Part shown: positions 38,056 through 47,459 of the stretch, one piece after another
Layout: each line of letters begins with the position of its first letter
How positions within the stretch are numbered: the stretch's first letter is position 1
Assembly (NCBI GenBank): GCA_012519195.1
Contig: JAAYQP010000099.1
Location: 1,318 to 65,317 of the forward strand
Length of the DNA stretch: 64,000 nt
From: Clostridiales bacterium
GTDB taxonomy: Bacteria; Bacillota; Clostridia; Lachnospirales; Lachnospiraceae
Reading direction: 5' to 3'
Notes under the pieces: generated by a model
What the model saw: the letters and a program-made list of their open reading frames with translations, nothing else
Told to the model about the DNA's origin: nothing
Databases searched by the model: none
Made by a program: the position numbers and the translations under genes

Positions 38056-38820
38056 TTATTTTATTTGTGCAATAAGTTCTTGATAGATCGGTTCAATGAC
38101 AGAATCATCGATCTTACAATCCAAGAAATATTCAACGGCTTGCTTAGCTTGAGCAATCAGCATTAACAAACCAGTTACTGCATTGATCCCAAGTGCCTCT
38201 GCCTGTAATGCTAGTTTTGTTTTTGTAGGATTATAAATCAGGTCTAGCACAGCTTCACAATTGGTAAATGCAGCTAGATCAATGGGTGAGGCGTCAATAT
38301 TCGGATACATTCCAAGAGGAGTTGTATTTACAATAATCTCGGCATCCTTATGCTCTAGGTAGCAATCCTTATAGGAAATGGTATCTTCCGATGGTGTTCG
38401 GCTGACGACAAATAGTTTACCGGCATTTAGATGTTTTAATACTGCAATTACAGCCTTGGCTGCACCTCCATTACCCAGTATGAGGCATTTCTTGCCCTCG
38501 ATAGCAATATGATTCTTCTTGATCATATACTCAAAGCCATAAAAATCGGTATTATATCCGGTTAATTTTCCTTTCCTGTTGACGATGGTATTAACTGCAC
38601 CAATTGATTTTGCAACCGGATCTAATTCATTAAGATATGGAATTACTTTTTGCTTATATGGAATCGTTACATTAATTGCAGTAAAATGCTTTTCTTCCAT
38701 AAACTTTTTGAATTCCTCTTGTGTTAAGGGGATAAGGTCATATTGATAATCCGCAAGCTTTTCATGTATGACTTTGGAATAGCTATGTCCTAATTTTTCT
38801 CCAATCAATCCGTATATCAT
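38056..38820 (-). CDS. aroE: Shikimate dehydrogenase
   Basis: YGLIGEKLGHSYSKxIH, NVTIPYK, and the GNGGAAKA Rossmann motif. ATG 38820 follows AGGAGTGG; the ORF track adds 10 codons. Confidence 0.9.
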   Translation of the reverse strand: MIYGLIGEKLGHSYSKVIHEKLADYQYDLIPLTQEEFKKFMEEKHFTAINVTIPYKQKVIPYLNELDPVAKSIGAVNTIVNRKGKLTGYNTDFYGFEYMIKKNHIAIEGKKCLILGNGGAAKAVIAVLKHLNAGKLFVVSRTPSEDTISYKDCYLEHKDAEIIVNTTPLGMYPNIDASPIDLAAFTNCEAVLDLIYNPTKTKLALQAEALGINAVTGLLMLIAQAKQAVEYFLDCKIDDSVIEPIYQELIAQIK

Positions 38821-39093
38821 GGTATCCACTCCTATAACATAATTTAACATATTTAATCTTGTATATGAATACTTTTCATTAATCTAAAGAATTTTCTACT
38901 GTTGGGAATCCTATTTTATATGCTTGTTAAACAGAATAATATAACTTTATCATTAATGCAATCGATTCTTGGGTTTTATCCTTCTTTTAATTCTTTCTAC
39001 TTGTCTGCATAAAATTAGTTTGCAAGAATATATTGTTTTAGAAAGCAAAGTGGATAAGCATAAGGTTTATAAGATTAGAGAGGAGAGTGGCGG

Positions 39094-40047
39094 ATGGGCG
39101 TCAGGGAGGAGCTTTTAAAAATATTTTCATTAAAGCTTAGAATGATCTTCGCAAAACTCGCCGTTGATTACAACAAGCTTCAGGAAATCAGGCTTCGAAT
39201 AAACGCACCTCTACTTGTTATCTATGGCAGTCGGGAATATTTTGTATCAGAAGATGCAAAATTAGTAGACAACCCTGTTCAAGCGATTATTATAACTAAG
39301 AATGAAATCAGAGAAACCATGGAATACATAAGCAATTATTCTCTTTATGCTTTTGAAGAAGAGATTAAGCAGGGATTTATCACAATAAATGGTGGGCACC
39401 GAATTGGTATCGCTGGAAAAACAATAATTGAAGATTATTCGATTAAAGGAATTAAACACATCTCTTTTATCAATATCCGACTAGCTCATCAAATTAAGGG
39501 CTGCGCGAAACCAGTGCTTCCCTATTTGATTAACGAAAATGGAGACGGAATTTATCATACTTTAATTATTTCTCCTCCCCGATGTGGTAAAACAACTATG
39601 CTAAGGGATCTTATCCGAATGCTTTCGGACGGTAGTACATATCTTCCTGGAATGTCCGTTGGTGTAGTGGATGAACGGTCTGAAATTGGTGCTTGCTATA
39701 TGGGTACACCACAAAATGAAGTGGGTATCCGAACAGATATTTTGGATTGTTGCCCCAAGGCAAAGGGTATGATGATGTTGATACGTTCCATGTCACCACA
39801 AATCATTGCGGTAGATGAAATTGGATCAAATGAGGACCTAGAGGCAATTGATTATGTTATGGGGTGTGGATGTAAGTTGATTGCTACGGTACATGGCAGT
39901 TCGATAGAGGATATCCGCTGTAAACCAATTTTAGGAGAGTTGGTAAAGAAGAAGTTATTTGAACGATATGTTATCCTGAGCAATCAGCAAGGGATAGGAT
40001 ATTTGGAGGAAATCTATGATTCCGATGGGAGAAAAATTCATGGATAG
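39094..40047 (+). CDS. spoIIIAA: Stage III sporulation protein AA (ATPase)
   Basis: Walker A SPPRCGKTTMLRD and Walker B IAVDEIG. First gene of an eight-gene spoIIIA-ordered operon. Confidence 0.93.
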   Translation: MGVREELLKIFSLKLRMIFAKLAVDYNKLQEIRLRINAPLLVIYGSREYFVSEDAKLVDNPVQAIIITKNEIRETMEYISNYSLYAFEEEIKQGFITINGGHRIGIAGKTIIEDYSIKGIKHISFINIRLAHQIKGCAKPVLPYLINENGDGIYHTLIISPPRCGKTTMLRDLIRMLSDGSTYLPGMSVGVVDERSEIGACYMGTPQNEVGIRTDILDCCPKAKGMMMLIRSMSPQIIAVDEIGSNEDLEAIDYVMGCGCKLIATVHGSSIEDIRCKPILGELVKKKLFERYVILSNQQGIGYLEEIYDSDGRKIHG

Positions 40048-40079
40048 AAAATGATTTTAGTAAAGGAGGACAAACTATT

Positions 40080-40604
40080 ATGCTCGTTGTAAAGATCATT
40101 GGCTGCATCCTTGTTATTGCTTCTTCAACGGCAATGGGGTTCTTTTTTAGCAATGAGATGAAACTTAGGGTGGAAAATCTCAAAGAGCTTAAAAAATTGA
40201 TAGTTTTGCTCCGTGGTGATATACGGTATGCGAACACTCCATTACCGGAAGCCATTAGTGCAATAGCAAGAAGAAATCCTGGAACTTTTGAGTCTTTCTT
40301 TAAGAATACGGCAAGTAAGCTACATGAATTTTCTGGACATACCTTTGCAGAGATCTGGAAAGAAGCTGTGAATAAAGAATTGGGGGATACGTCCTTGACG
40401 AAAAAGGATAAGGAGCATTTGATTGAATTTGGTGAAAACTTAGGATATCTGGATAAGGATATGCAACTAAATACCTTAGATCTTTATATTATTCAGCTGG
40501 AGGAAGAAGTGGCAGAGCTTTCTAAAACAGTGAAAGAGAAAGCCTATTTATGTAACAGTCTTGGTATTATGGCAGGGATTTTTATATCAATAATTATGTT
40601 TTAA
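40080..40604 (+). CDS. spoIIIAB: Stage III sporulation protein AB
   Basis: 174 aa with N- and C-terminal TM helices and the LRGDIRYANTPLPEA motif. Second position in the operon. Confidence 0.9.
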   Translation: MLVVKIIGCILVIASSTAMGFFFSNEMKLRVENLKELKKLIVLLRGDIRYANTPLPEAISAIARRNPGTFESFFKNTASKLHEFSGHTFAEIWKEAVNKELGDTSLTKKDKEHLIEFGENLGYLDKDMQLNTLDLYIIQLEEEVAELSKTVKEKAYLCNSLGIMAGIFISIIMF

Positions 40605-40656
40605 CATTCCTTAAGGCAGAAACAAATAGTACTCGCGAGAGTAGTTGGGGGTTAGT

Positions 40657-40854
40657 ATGGATTTCGGATTAATTTTACGAATAGCAGTGGTAGGAATCAT
40701 AATATCTATCTTAAATCAAATATTAAAACAGACGGGAAAGGATGATCTGGCTTTCCTCTCAAGCCTAGCTGGACTAGTATTGGTCTTATTCTGGCTTCTG
40801 CCCCATCTTACCGAACTGTTTATAAAAATAGAGCAGTTATTTAGCATGCTTTAG
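40657..40854 (+). CDS. spoIIIAC: Stage III sporulation protein AC
   Basis: 65-aa two-TM protein. ATG 40657 follows GGGGG. Third position in the operon. Confidence 0.88.
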   Translation: MDFGLILRIAVVGIIISILNQILKQTGKDDLAFLSSLAGLVLVLFWLLPHLTELFIKIEQLFSML

Positions 40855-40920
40855 ATTGAAGCTTACAATCCGGCATGCTTTATAAGGAAGCGAAATTGGT
40901 ACATGCATTAGGAGGAGTTT

Positions 40921-41319
40921 ATGGAAGTTGATAGAATCGTCAAGATCGCAGCCGGAGGTATACTAGCTGTGATGTTAGCAGTCATATTTAAAAAGGAGAA
41001 AGAGGCATTTTCCGTTTATATAAACATTATAACCTGTATCATGATTTTATTTTGGGGGCTTAGTAAAATCGATGTAATCCTTGACACAATTAATAAATTG
41101 CAGTCCCATATTAAAATTAATCCAGCATATGTGGGGATTTTAATTAAAATTATTGGAATTACCTATATCACAGAATTCTCCGCCTCCCTCTGTAAGGACT
41201 CTGGATATCATGCGATTGGTGAACAGATAGAATTGGCTGGAAAATTATCTATTTTGGCAATAAGTATGCCGATTATGTTAGCTCTTTTAGATACGATCAG
41301 TGGTTTTCTTACCACATAG
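40921..41319 (+). CDS. spoIIIAD: Stage III sporulation protein AD
   Basis: 132-aa polytopic membrane protein with ITEFSASLCKDSG. Fourth position in the operon. Confidence 0.9.
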   Translation: MEVDRIVKIAAGGILAVMLAVIFKKEKEAFSVYINIITCIMILFWGLSKIDVILDTINKLQSHIKINPAYVGILIKIIGITYITEFSASLCKDSGYHAIGEQIELAGKLSILAISMPIMLALLDTISGFLTT

Positions 41320-41373
41320 ATAATAGGAAGGAGGAAAGCAGTCTTCTCCTGTGATATAAGTCTGGAGATTCTG

Positions 41374-42552
41374 ATGATCCATATGAAAGAATTTAGGAAA
41401 TGCCCTTATAAACGATGCTACATAAAAACAATCATCTGCATACTTCTTCTACTATTAACCTTTCTATTGAATGCGAAGGAAGCAAAGGCTGCCTCAGGTG
41501 GTATTGGTTCTGAAAATATTGACTACTCTGACATCCAAGATGTAATTGATGACATGATGGCATATGGTAATGAGTTTGATTTTGGAGCCTATGTTGAAGG
41601 TCTGATGAATGGGGAAAAACGCTTCTCAATTACTGATATAGGGCTTCAGTTGATACAATCGATTAAAGGTGAAATAAAAGCAAATATAGGAACCTTCGGT
41701 AGACTGATTTCGATTGCATTAATTGCTGCTTTATTTACTAATATCTCGATGGCTTTTAAAAATAGCCAAGTCTCGGAGACTGGCTACTATGTTACCTATC
41801 TTTTGCTCTTCGGTTTACTAGTTAGCACCTTTGTTACTGCTTCTAAGATAGCAGCGGCTGCAATTGAATCCATTCTTGAATTTATGAAAGTACTGGTTCC
41901 AGCCTATTTTATCTCGGTTGGCCTCAGTAGTGGAACTACAACGTCCATGGTTTATTATGAGGCTGCATTAATGCTGATTTCCCTTGTTGATTATATGATT
42001 ATAAAAATTATAATTCCTTTGATTAACTTTTACTTAATAATTTCTCTCTCAAATAACCTATCAAAAGAGGATATGCTATCCAAGTTAGCAGGTTTGTTTG
42101 CATCAATCATTAACTGGTTACTGAAAAGCTTACTTACCGCAGTAGTTGGATTTGGGGCTATTCAAGGATTGATTGTACCGGTTTCAGATAGAGTTAAGCG
42201 CTCCGCTTTTTTAAAAGCTTCAGAGGCGATCCCCGGAATCGGGAATACAATCGGAGGGGTTACCGAAACGATCCTAGGTGCTGGAATACTGTTAAAAAAT
42301 GCGATAGGAGTGGCCGGGCTAGTAGTTATCATAATTCTATGTGCTGCACCTTTTCTTAAGCTTTTGATGATAACCGTAGTCTATAAAGCTGGAAGCGCCA
42401 TCTTACAGCCGATCTCAGATAAACGAATTATTGAATGTATCAGTGCCTCAGCCAAATCATCCGAAATGCTTCTGCAATCGGTCTTTGTAGGAGCTGTTTT
42501 GTTTTTATTGTCAATCACCATTGTAGCGGTCACTACGGGCAGTGCAGGATAG
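41374..42552 (+). CDS. spoIIIAE: Stage III sporulation protein AE
   Basis: 392 aa with a signal sequence plus multiple TM helices. Fifth position in the operon. Confidence 0.9.
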   Translation: MIHMKEFRKCPYKRCYIKTIICILLLLLTFLLNAKEAKAASGGIGSENIDYSDIQDVIDDMMAYGNEFDFGAYVEGLMNGEKRFSITDIGLQLIQSIKGEIKANIGTFGRLISIALIAALFTNISMAFKNSQVSETGYYVTYLLLFGLLVSTFVTASKIAAAAIESILEFMKVLVPAYFISVGLSSGTTTSMVYYEAALMLISLVDYMIIKIIIPLINFYLIISLSNNLSKEDMLSKLAGLFASIINWLLKSLLTAVVGFGAIQGLIVPVSDRVKRSAFLKASEAIPGIGNTIGGVTETILGAGILLKNAIGVAGLVVIIILCAAPFLKLLMITVVYKAGSAILQPISDKRIIECISASAKSSEMLLQSVFVGAVLFLLSITIVAVTTGSAG

Positions 42553-42554
42553 AA

Positions 42555-42630
42555 AACAGGAGGCTAAGGCGCCTGGATAAAACGATCCCAGCATCCAGAT
42601 GAACTGAATGAGTAATGCTGGTTTTATAAT
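42555..42630 (+). repeat. GC-rich intergenic element (family C, copy 2) between spoIIIAE and spoIIIAF
   Basis: gctaaggcgcctggataaaacgatcccagcatcc (42563-42596) matches 12158-12190. ataaaac..ccagcat pairs with the downstream atgctggttttat (42615-42627). Confidence 0.65.
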
Positions 42631-42670
42631 GTATAAGTTTTTTTATAAATTCAATAGTGGGAGGTGTCGG

Positions 42671-43303
42671 ATGGACAAGATCTATGATTGGATCAGAAGT
42701 ATCGTTATCTATATGATTATGAATACAATTATCATGAATTTACTGGGGAATAGTAGTTACAAAAAGTATATCAGCGTTATCTCCGGTATGATACTAGTAT
42801 TGATTGTAATCTCACCATTGCTAGAATTGCTTCATCTTGATCTTAATCTGGATTACTATTTGGCTTCTAATGATTTTGCCATTGAAACCTCCGATTTTGA
42901 GAACCGACTTCGGCGTATGGAGCAAAAGCAAATGAATGAGATTTTTGGTGAATACCAAGAAAAGCTAAAGGCGAGTATTCAGGATTTACTGGCATCGGAA
43001 GAGGTATTCCTTGATGAATTCCACCTAGAGTTTGATAAAGATCAGAAAAGTCCCTCCTTTGGAGTGATTAAAGGGATGGACATTAAGGCATCTATAAAGA
43101 ATGAGGAAAATACAAAAGAAAATGATGCTAAGGATAAAATCCTAATTGAGAGGGTTATAATTGATCGAATCGCCAAAAGGGATAAAGAGGAAAGTAAGCT
43201 GGACCAGCTTCCGACACCCTTAGAAATTAAAATAAAAAATAAACTCTCAGACTTCTATAATATAGAACCGGATAATATAAATATTAGTATACAGGGAGGG
43301 TAA
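42671..43303 (+). CDS. spoIIIAF: Stage III sporulation protein AF
   Basis: ATG 42671 follows GGGAGGTG. N-terminal MDKIYDWIRSIVIYMIM... has two TM helices, as in SpoIIIAF. The ORF track adds 21 codons that cover the repeat element. Confidence 0.88.
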   Translation: MDKIYDWIRSIVIYMIMNTIIMNLLGNSSYKKYISVISGMILVLIVISPLLELLHLDLNLDYYLASNDFAIETSDFENRLRRMEQKQMNEIFGEYQEKLKASIQDLLASEEVFLDEFHLEFDKDQKSPSFGVIKGMDIKASIKNEENTKENDAKDKILIERVIIDRIAKRDKEESKLDQLPTPLEIKIKNKLSDFYNIEPDNINISIQGG

Positions 43304-43305
43304 CG

Positions 43306-43950
43306 ATGGATAAGAAAAGCTTCTCCAAGGAAATAGAGAATACATCCACGGAAAAAAAGAAATTTTCCCTGAAGGATATAGGATTACCTAAACTAATCAT
43401 GCTGATGGTGGCAGGTATCCTACTCATATTATTATCATTTCCAGGAATGTTTGATTCAAAGGAGATAGAAAAAGATAACTTACCTATAGATAATCGTCAG
43501 ACGAGTAAAAATGATATGAATACGACAAGCTATGATTCGAATACCTATATAACAGAAATGGAAAATAAACTGGAGAGCATCCTTAGAAAAGTTTCCGGGA
43601 TCGGTGATGTCGAGGTTATGATCACGTTAAAGAACTCGAGGGAGCTGATTCCGTTAAAGGATCGTCCGTACACACAGGAAGGCGTAAATGAAGAAGACGG
43701 GGAGGGCGGAAGCAGAACAAATAATAGTATCCAGCGGGAAGAGAGTACCGTTCTTATCACCAATGAGGATGGGAAGGAAGTGCCTTACATAATACAGGAA
43801 ATAGAACCTGAAATAGAGGGTGTTGTGGTTATCGCAGAAGGTGGAGATGATGCTAAAATAATAATGGATATTATGGAAGCGGCAGAGGTATTATTTAATG
43901 TGCCTGCCCATAAAGTGAAAGTGATGAAAATGAAAAATGAAATAAATTGA
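43306..43950 (+). CDS. spoIIIAG: Stage III sporulation protein AG
   Basis: 214 aa with a single TM and a C-terminal ring-building domain (GVGDVEVMITL..., IEGVVVIAEG). Seventh position in the operon. Confidence 0.9.
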   Translation: MDKKSFSKEIENTSTEKKKFSLKDIGLPKLIMLMVAGILLILLSFPGMFDSKEIEKDNLPIDNRQTSKNDMNTTSYDSNTYITEMENKLESILRKVSGIGDVEVMITLKNSRELIPLKDRPYTQEGVNEEDGEGGSRTNNSIQREESTVLITNEDGKEVPYIIQEIEPEIEGVVVIAEGGDDAKIIMDIMEAAEVLFNVPAHKVKVMKMKNEIN

Positions 43951-43964
43951 TCAGGAGGTAAGGA

Positions 43965-44798
43965 ATGAAGGTAAAAAATATTTTCAAAAAAAATCAAATC
44001 ATAATTACCGCATTAGCAATTATGATTGCGATTGCAGGCTATTTGAGTTTTACAAATAAAGATAAACCAACCGACGAATTGGATGCCATACAAACAGCAA
44101 ATCCAGATGAAAATGAATATGATGTTTTCTCTGAGTTGGAGGGCATGGATGTAGTGACTGATACCAATAATGGAGATGGTACCGTTGCCGATGATATAAC
44201 GAATGATAATAACGATGTATTAGATAATGATGAAGAAGCAGATGTTACTGCAGATGAAACAGATGATGTGGATGCAACGGAGGACGAGGATACCGTTCCT
44301 GTGAGGACCCAAGATAATGAGCTTGGTGAAATAAGTGATGATGAGTTACTTGCAAATGCACAGAATGTAACGGACAATGGCGAACTGGATCTTGACGATG
44401 GTATACCAGGAGAAGCCGTACTGGCCAGCAACACAATAAATGCTAGTTACTTCATGGATTCCAAATTAAAGAGGGAGCAGGTTAGGGCTAAGAATAAAGC
44501 AACCTACTAGCAGATTATTGAGAGCCCGGATATCTCTGAGGAAGCTAAGAATCAGGCGATTAATGGATTAATCGAACTGATTTCGATTCAGGAGAAGGAA
44601 GATGCAACGGAGATGCTTTTAGGAGCAAAAGGCTTTGAGGATTCCATCGTTAGAATAACCGATGGTAAAGTAGAAGTCGTCATCAATGCGGCAAACCTTA
44701 CAGAGCAACAGCTTGCAATCATCGAAGATGTTGTAAAGAGTAAGACGGAAATTCCGATAGAAAATATTGGCATCATTCCAGTTGTAATGGAAGAGTAA
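43965..44798 (+). pseudogene. spoIIIAH: Stage III sporulation protein AH interrupted by an in-frame TAG at 44508-44510
   Basis: ORFs 43965-44510 and 44613-44798 are in the same frame. Codons 44511-44612 are also open, so one amber codon separates the N-terminal TM, acidic linker and FxxxKLxREQxRAKN part from the C-terminal LLGAKGFEDSIVRITDGKVEVVINA YscJ/FliF-like domain. Confidence 0.75.
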
Positions 44799-44836
44799 AC
44801 AAAATCATAATAAATTACATAGGTAGGTATAATTGG

Positions 44837-44884
44837 TATCCTGTAATGGTAATTATAATAGTTACCATTACAGGGTATTTTTCA
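44837..44884 (+). terminator. Terminator of the spoIIIA operon
   Basis: tatcctgtaatggtaa / ttaccattacagggta 16-bp stem (one mismatch) followed by tttttc. Confidence 0.75.
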
Positions 44885-44949
44885 CTTATAGAGAAAATTG
44901 TTAAATTTATAGAAAAATTGGAAGAATAATCAAAAAAGATTATTTATAA

Positions 44950-44977
44950 TTGCAAAAGTTATGAAGTTTGGTATAAT
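44950..44977 (+). promoter_or_regulatory. Sigma-A promoter (extended -10) for the asp23-nusB unit
   Basis: TTGCAA (44950-44955), a 16-nt spacer ending TGg, then TATAAT (44972-44977). Confidence 0.5.
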
Positions 44978-45051
44978 ACTATATATGAAAGGGCAGTGGA
45001 AGTCAAAAGCGTTAGGGAATGCCAACGTATGAAACTTAGGAGGTAATCATT

Positions 45052-45438
45052 GTGAATAAAGAACCGGAGATCAGAAACACATATAAAATACATGAAAATG
45101 GCAAGGTTGGAGAGGTGCAGATTGCAGATGAAGTTGTTGCAGTCATCGCCGGACTTGCAGCAACCGAAGTAAAGGGTGTGTCTGCAACATCCGGTAATGT
45201 CACCAATGAGCTTGTAGGTAAACTGGGTAAGAAGAATTTATCCAAGGGTGTCAAGGTTTTTGTAAATGAAGATACGGTATCCGTGGATATGGCACTTACA
45301 CTGGACTATGGATATGGAATCCCTGAGATTGCAAAACAAGTACAGGAAAAGGTGAAGCTGGCAATCGAGAATATGACAGGCTTACAGGTTCAGGATGTAA
45401 ATATTCGTATTGCTGGAGTTAATATTGTAAAGGAATGA
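45052..45438 (+). CDS. Asp23/Gls24-family envelope stress protein
   Basis: 128 aa with IADEVVAVIAGLAATEVKGV, typical of Asp23. GTG start 7 nt after AGGAGGT. Confidence 0.88.
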   Translation: MNKEPEIRNTYKIHENGKVGEVQIADEVVAVIAGLAATEVKGVSATSGNVTNELVGKLGKKNLSKGVKVFVNEDTVSVDMALTLDYGYGIPEIAKQVQEKVKLAIENMTGLQVQDVNIRIAGVNIVKE

Positions 45439-45472
45439 TTTAGAACTGTTGCATAAATACTATAAGTGGGGA

Positions 45473-45502
45473 GGGGCGCATTCTTTTAATGCGCCTTTGC
45501 TT
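45473..45502 (+). terminator. Weak hairpin terminator after the asp23-like gene
   Basis: ggcgcatt / aatgcgcc 8-bp stem followed by tttgctt. Confidence 0.4.
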
Positions 45503-45604
45503 ACTCTGGAAAGATTGGCATTCCTCATGTGAGTTTCTTGTGCAGCAGTTTTTTAATGTTTAACGAATACTAAGTTTAAGGTTTGTTAGGAGGAATATCG
45601 AAAC

Positions 45605-46000
45605 GTGACTAGAAGAGAAATCAGAGAACACATTTTCCTTATGTTGTTTCGCAAGGACTTTTATAATATAGAAGAGCTAAATGAACAAATGAAGCTATAT
45701 ATGGAAGAACTGGTAGAGCCGGAAACTAAGGAAAATTTGTATATTACCGAACGGTTCCAATCCATTGTTGATAAGCTAGAGGAAATTGATCAGATTATTT
45801 CGGAAATATCCAGTGGCTGGAGATTGAACCGAATGGGAAAGGTAGACCTTACAATTCTTCGTCTAGCAGTCTTTGAGATCAAGTTTGATGAAGAGATGCC
45901 AATTAAGGTGGCAATCAATGAGGCGGTTGAGCTGGCAAAGAAATTCGGCGGTGATGACTCGCCGGGATTTGTAAATGGTGTTTTAGCTAAATTAGCATAG
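45605..46000 (+). CDS. nusB: Transcription antitermination factor NusB
   Basis: 131 aa. The pattern RRxxRExxFxxLF ... LRLAVFEI ... INEAVELAKKFG is NusB. GTG start after AGGAGGA. Confidence 0.92.
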   Translation: MTRREIREHIFLMLFRKDFYNIEELNEQMKLYMEELVEPETKENLYITERFQSIVDKLEEIDQIISEISSGWRLNRMGKVDLTILRLAVFEIKFDEEMPIKVAINEAVELAKKFGGDDSPGFVNGVLAKLA

Positions 46001-46028
46001 ATACCATACTAATCTGCAAGGAGGAAAG

Positions 46029-47240
46029 ATGGTAAAAGCTTATTCTGTTACCCAGATCAATCAATACATTAAAAATTTGTTTATTAGGGATCGGATACTC
46101 AATCATATTTACATCAAGGGAGAGGTATCCAATTGTAAATATCACACCTCTGGGCATATTTATTTTACATTAAAGGATGCTCAGGGGCAGTTAGCTTGTG
46201 TAATGTTTGCTGGACAGAGGAGGGGACTGACCTTTCGTCTTGAGGAAGGCCAAAGTGTTATTGTTCTCGGCAATATCAGTGTCTATGAGAGAGATGGAAA
46301 ATATCAACTTTATGCCAATGAGATTGTTTTGGATGGTTTGGGTAAGCTCTATGAGCGCTATGAAAAATTAAAAGAGGATTTAAAAAAGGAAGGCCTCTTT
46401 GATCCTAGCCATAAGAAACCAATCCCTCCCTATCCAAGGAAGATCGGAATTGTAACCGCCTCAACCGGTGCTGCAATTCAGGATATTATTAATATATCCA
46501 AAAGGAGAAATCCCTATGTTCAGCTGATACTTTATCCTGCACAGGTGCAGGGTGTTGGTGCTGCAGAAAGTATAGCCAGAGGCATTAAAGCATTGGACAA
46601 GCTTGGAGTTGATACCATAATCGCTGGACGGGGCGGCGGTTCCATTGAAGATCTATGGGCTTTTAATGAGGAAATTGTAGCGAGGGCAATTTATGATTGT
46701 AAAACCCCGGTGATCTCGGCTGTTGGCCATGAAACCGATGTTACAATAGCCGATTTTGTAGCGGATTTACGAGCTCCAACTCCTTCCGCTGCAGCTGAGC
46801 TGGCAGTAAATGATTATATGAGCTTTATCAATACACTAAGGGAATATCATCAAAAGATATCCAAAGCAATGTCCCAAAAGATTACCGCTTACCGAACAAG
46901 AACAAAGGAGATTAAGCTTCGTCTGTACTATGTTAGCCCCATGTATCAAATTAAGCAAAAGCGTCAGTATTTGATTGATATGGAGCAAAAGCTTCAACAA
47001 AGGATGAAACAGATCCTTAAGGAGAAACGACATAAATTTGAGATCTACATAGCGAAGCTTGAAACGCTATCTCCTCTTTCTAAATTAAGTAAGGGGTATG
47101 CACTTGTTGCCAAAGAGGATGGCAGCCCGGTACGAAGTGTTGATCATGTAACCAAGAATGAAGTCCTTACCATATCCCTACTGGATGGGGATATTAAAAC
47201 CAGAGTAGAGGAACTTAGCAAAATAGATCGAAATAAATAG
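46029..47240 (+). CDS. xseA: Exodeoxyribonuclease VII large subunit
   Basis: 403 aa with an N-terminal OB fold (YSVTQINQYIKNLF...GEVSN), a catalytic core (GRGGGSIEDLWAFN) and a coiled-coil tail. Confidence 0.93.
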   Translation: MVKAYSVTQINQYIKNLFIRDRILNHIYIKGEVSNCKYHTSGHIYFTLKDAQGQLACVMFAGQRRGLTFRLEEGQSVIVLGNISVYERDGKYQLYANEIVLDGLGKLYERYEKLKEDLKKEGLFDPSHKKPIPPYPRKIGIVTASTGAAIQDIINISKRRNPYVQLILYPAQVQGVGAAESIARGIKALDKLGVDTIIAGRGGGSIEDLWAFNEEIVARAIYDCKTPVISAVGHETDVTIADFVADLRAPTPSAAAELAVNDYMSFINTLREYHQKISKAMSQKITAYRTRTKEIKLRLYYVSPMYQIKQKRQYLIDMEQKLQQRMKQILKEKRHKFEIYIAKLETLSPLSKLSKGYALVAKEDGSPVRSVDHVTKNEVLTISLLDGDIKTRVEELSKIDRNK

Positions 47241-47249
47241 GAGGGTAAA

Positions 47250-47459
47250 ATGGCGGATAAGGAAATGAAATTGGAAGAATCATTTGAAAGATTGGATCAA
47301 ATCATGAAAGACCTAGAAAAACCAGATGTCAGCCTAGAAGATTCCTTCGCCCTATATCAGGAAGGTGTAAAACTACTCAAGCAATGTAATGATTCGATCG
47401 ACAAAGTAGAAAAGGAATTAATTATATTAAGTGAGAACGGAGAACAAGATGAACTTTGA
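47250..47459 (+). CDS. xseB: Exodeoxyribonuclease VII small subunit
   Basis: 69 aa with the FEESxxxLxxIxxxLE...LEDSxxxYxEG pattern. Follows xseA. Confidence 0.9.
   Translation: MADKEMKLEESFERLDQIMKDLEKPDVSLEDSFALYQEGVKLLKQCNDSIDKVEKELIILSENGEQDEL

Noticed and set aside
38851-39093. Sigma-E promoter for spoIIIA and a sigma-F/G promoter for spoIVB (63150-63215, GTATG-n17-CAGAATA).
   Set aside because: The matches to the published -35 and -10 consensus sequences are only partial. I cannot distinguish them from background AT-rich sequence without experimental start sites.
44508-44510. In-frame TAG in spoIIIAH as pyrrolysine or genome-wide amber recoding.
   Set aside because: TAG is used as the ordinary stop of several well-defined genes in this window (gdhA, pyrF, pheT, the GNAT gene, mscL). 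No pyl genes or PYLIS-like context are visible.
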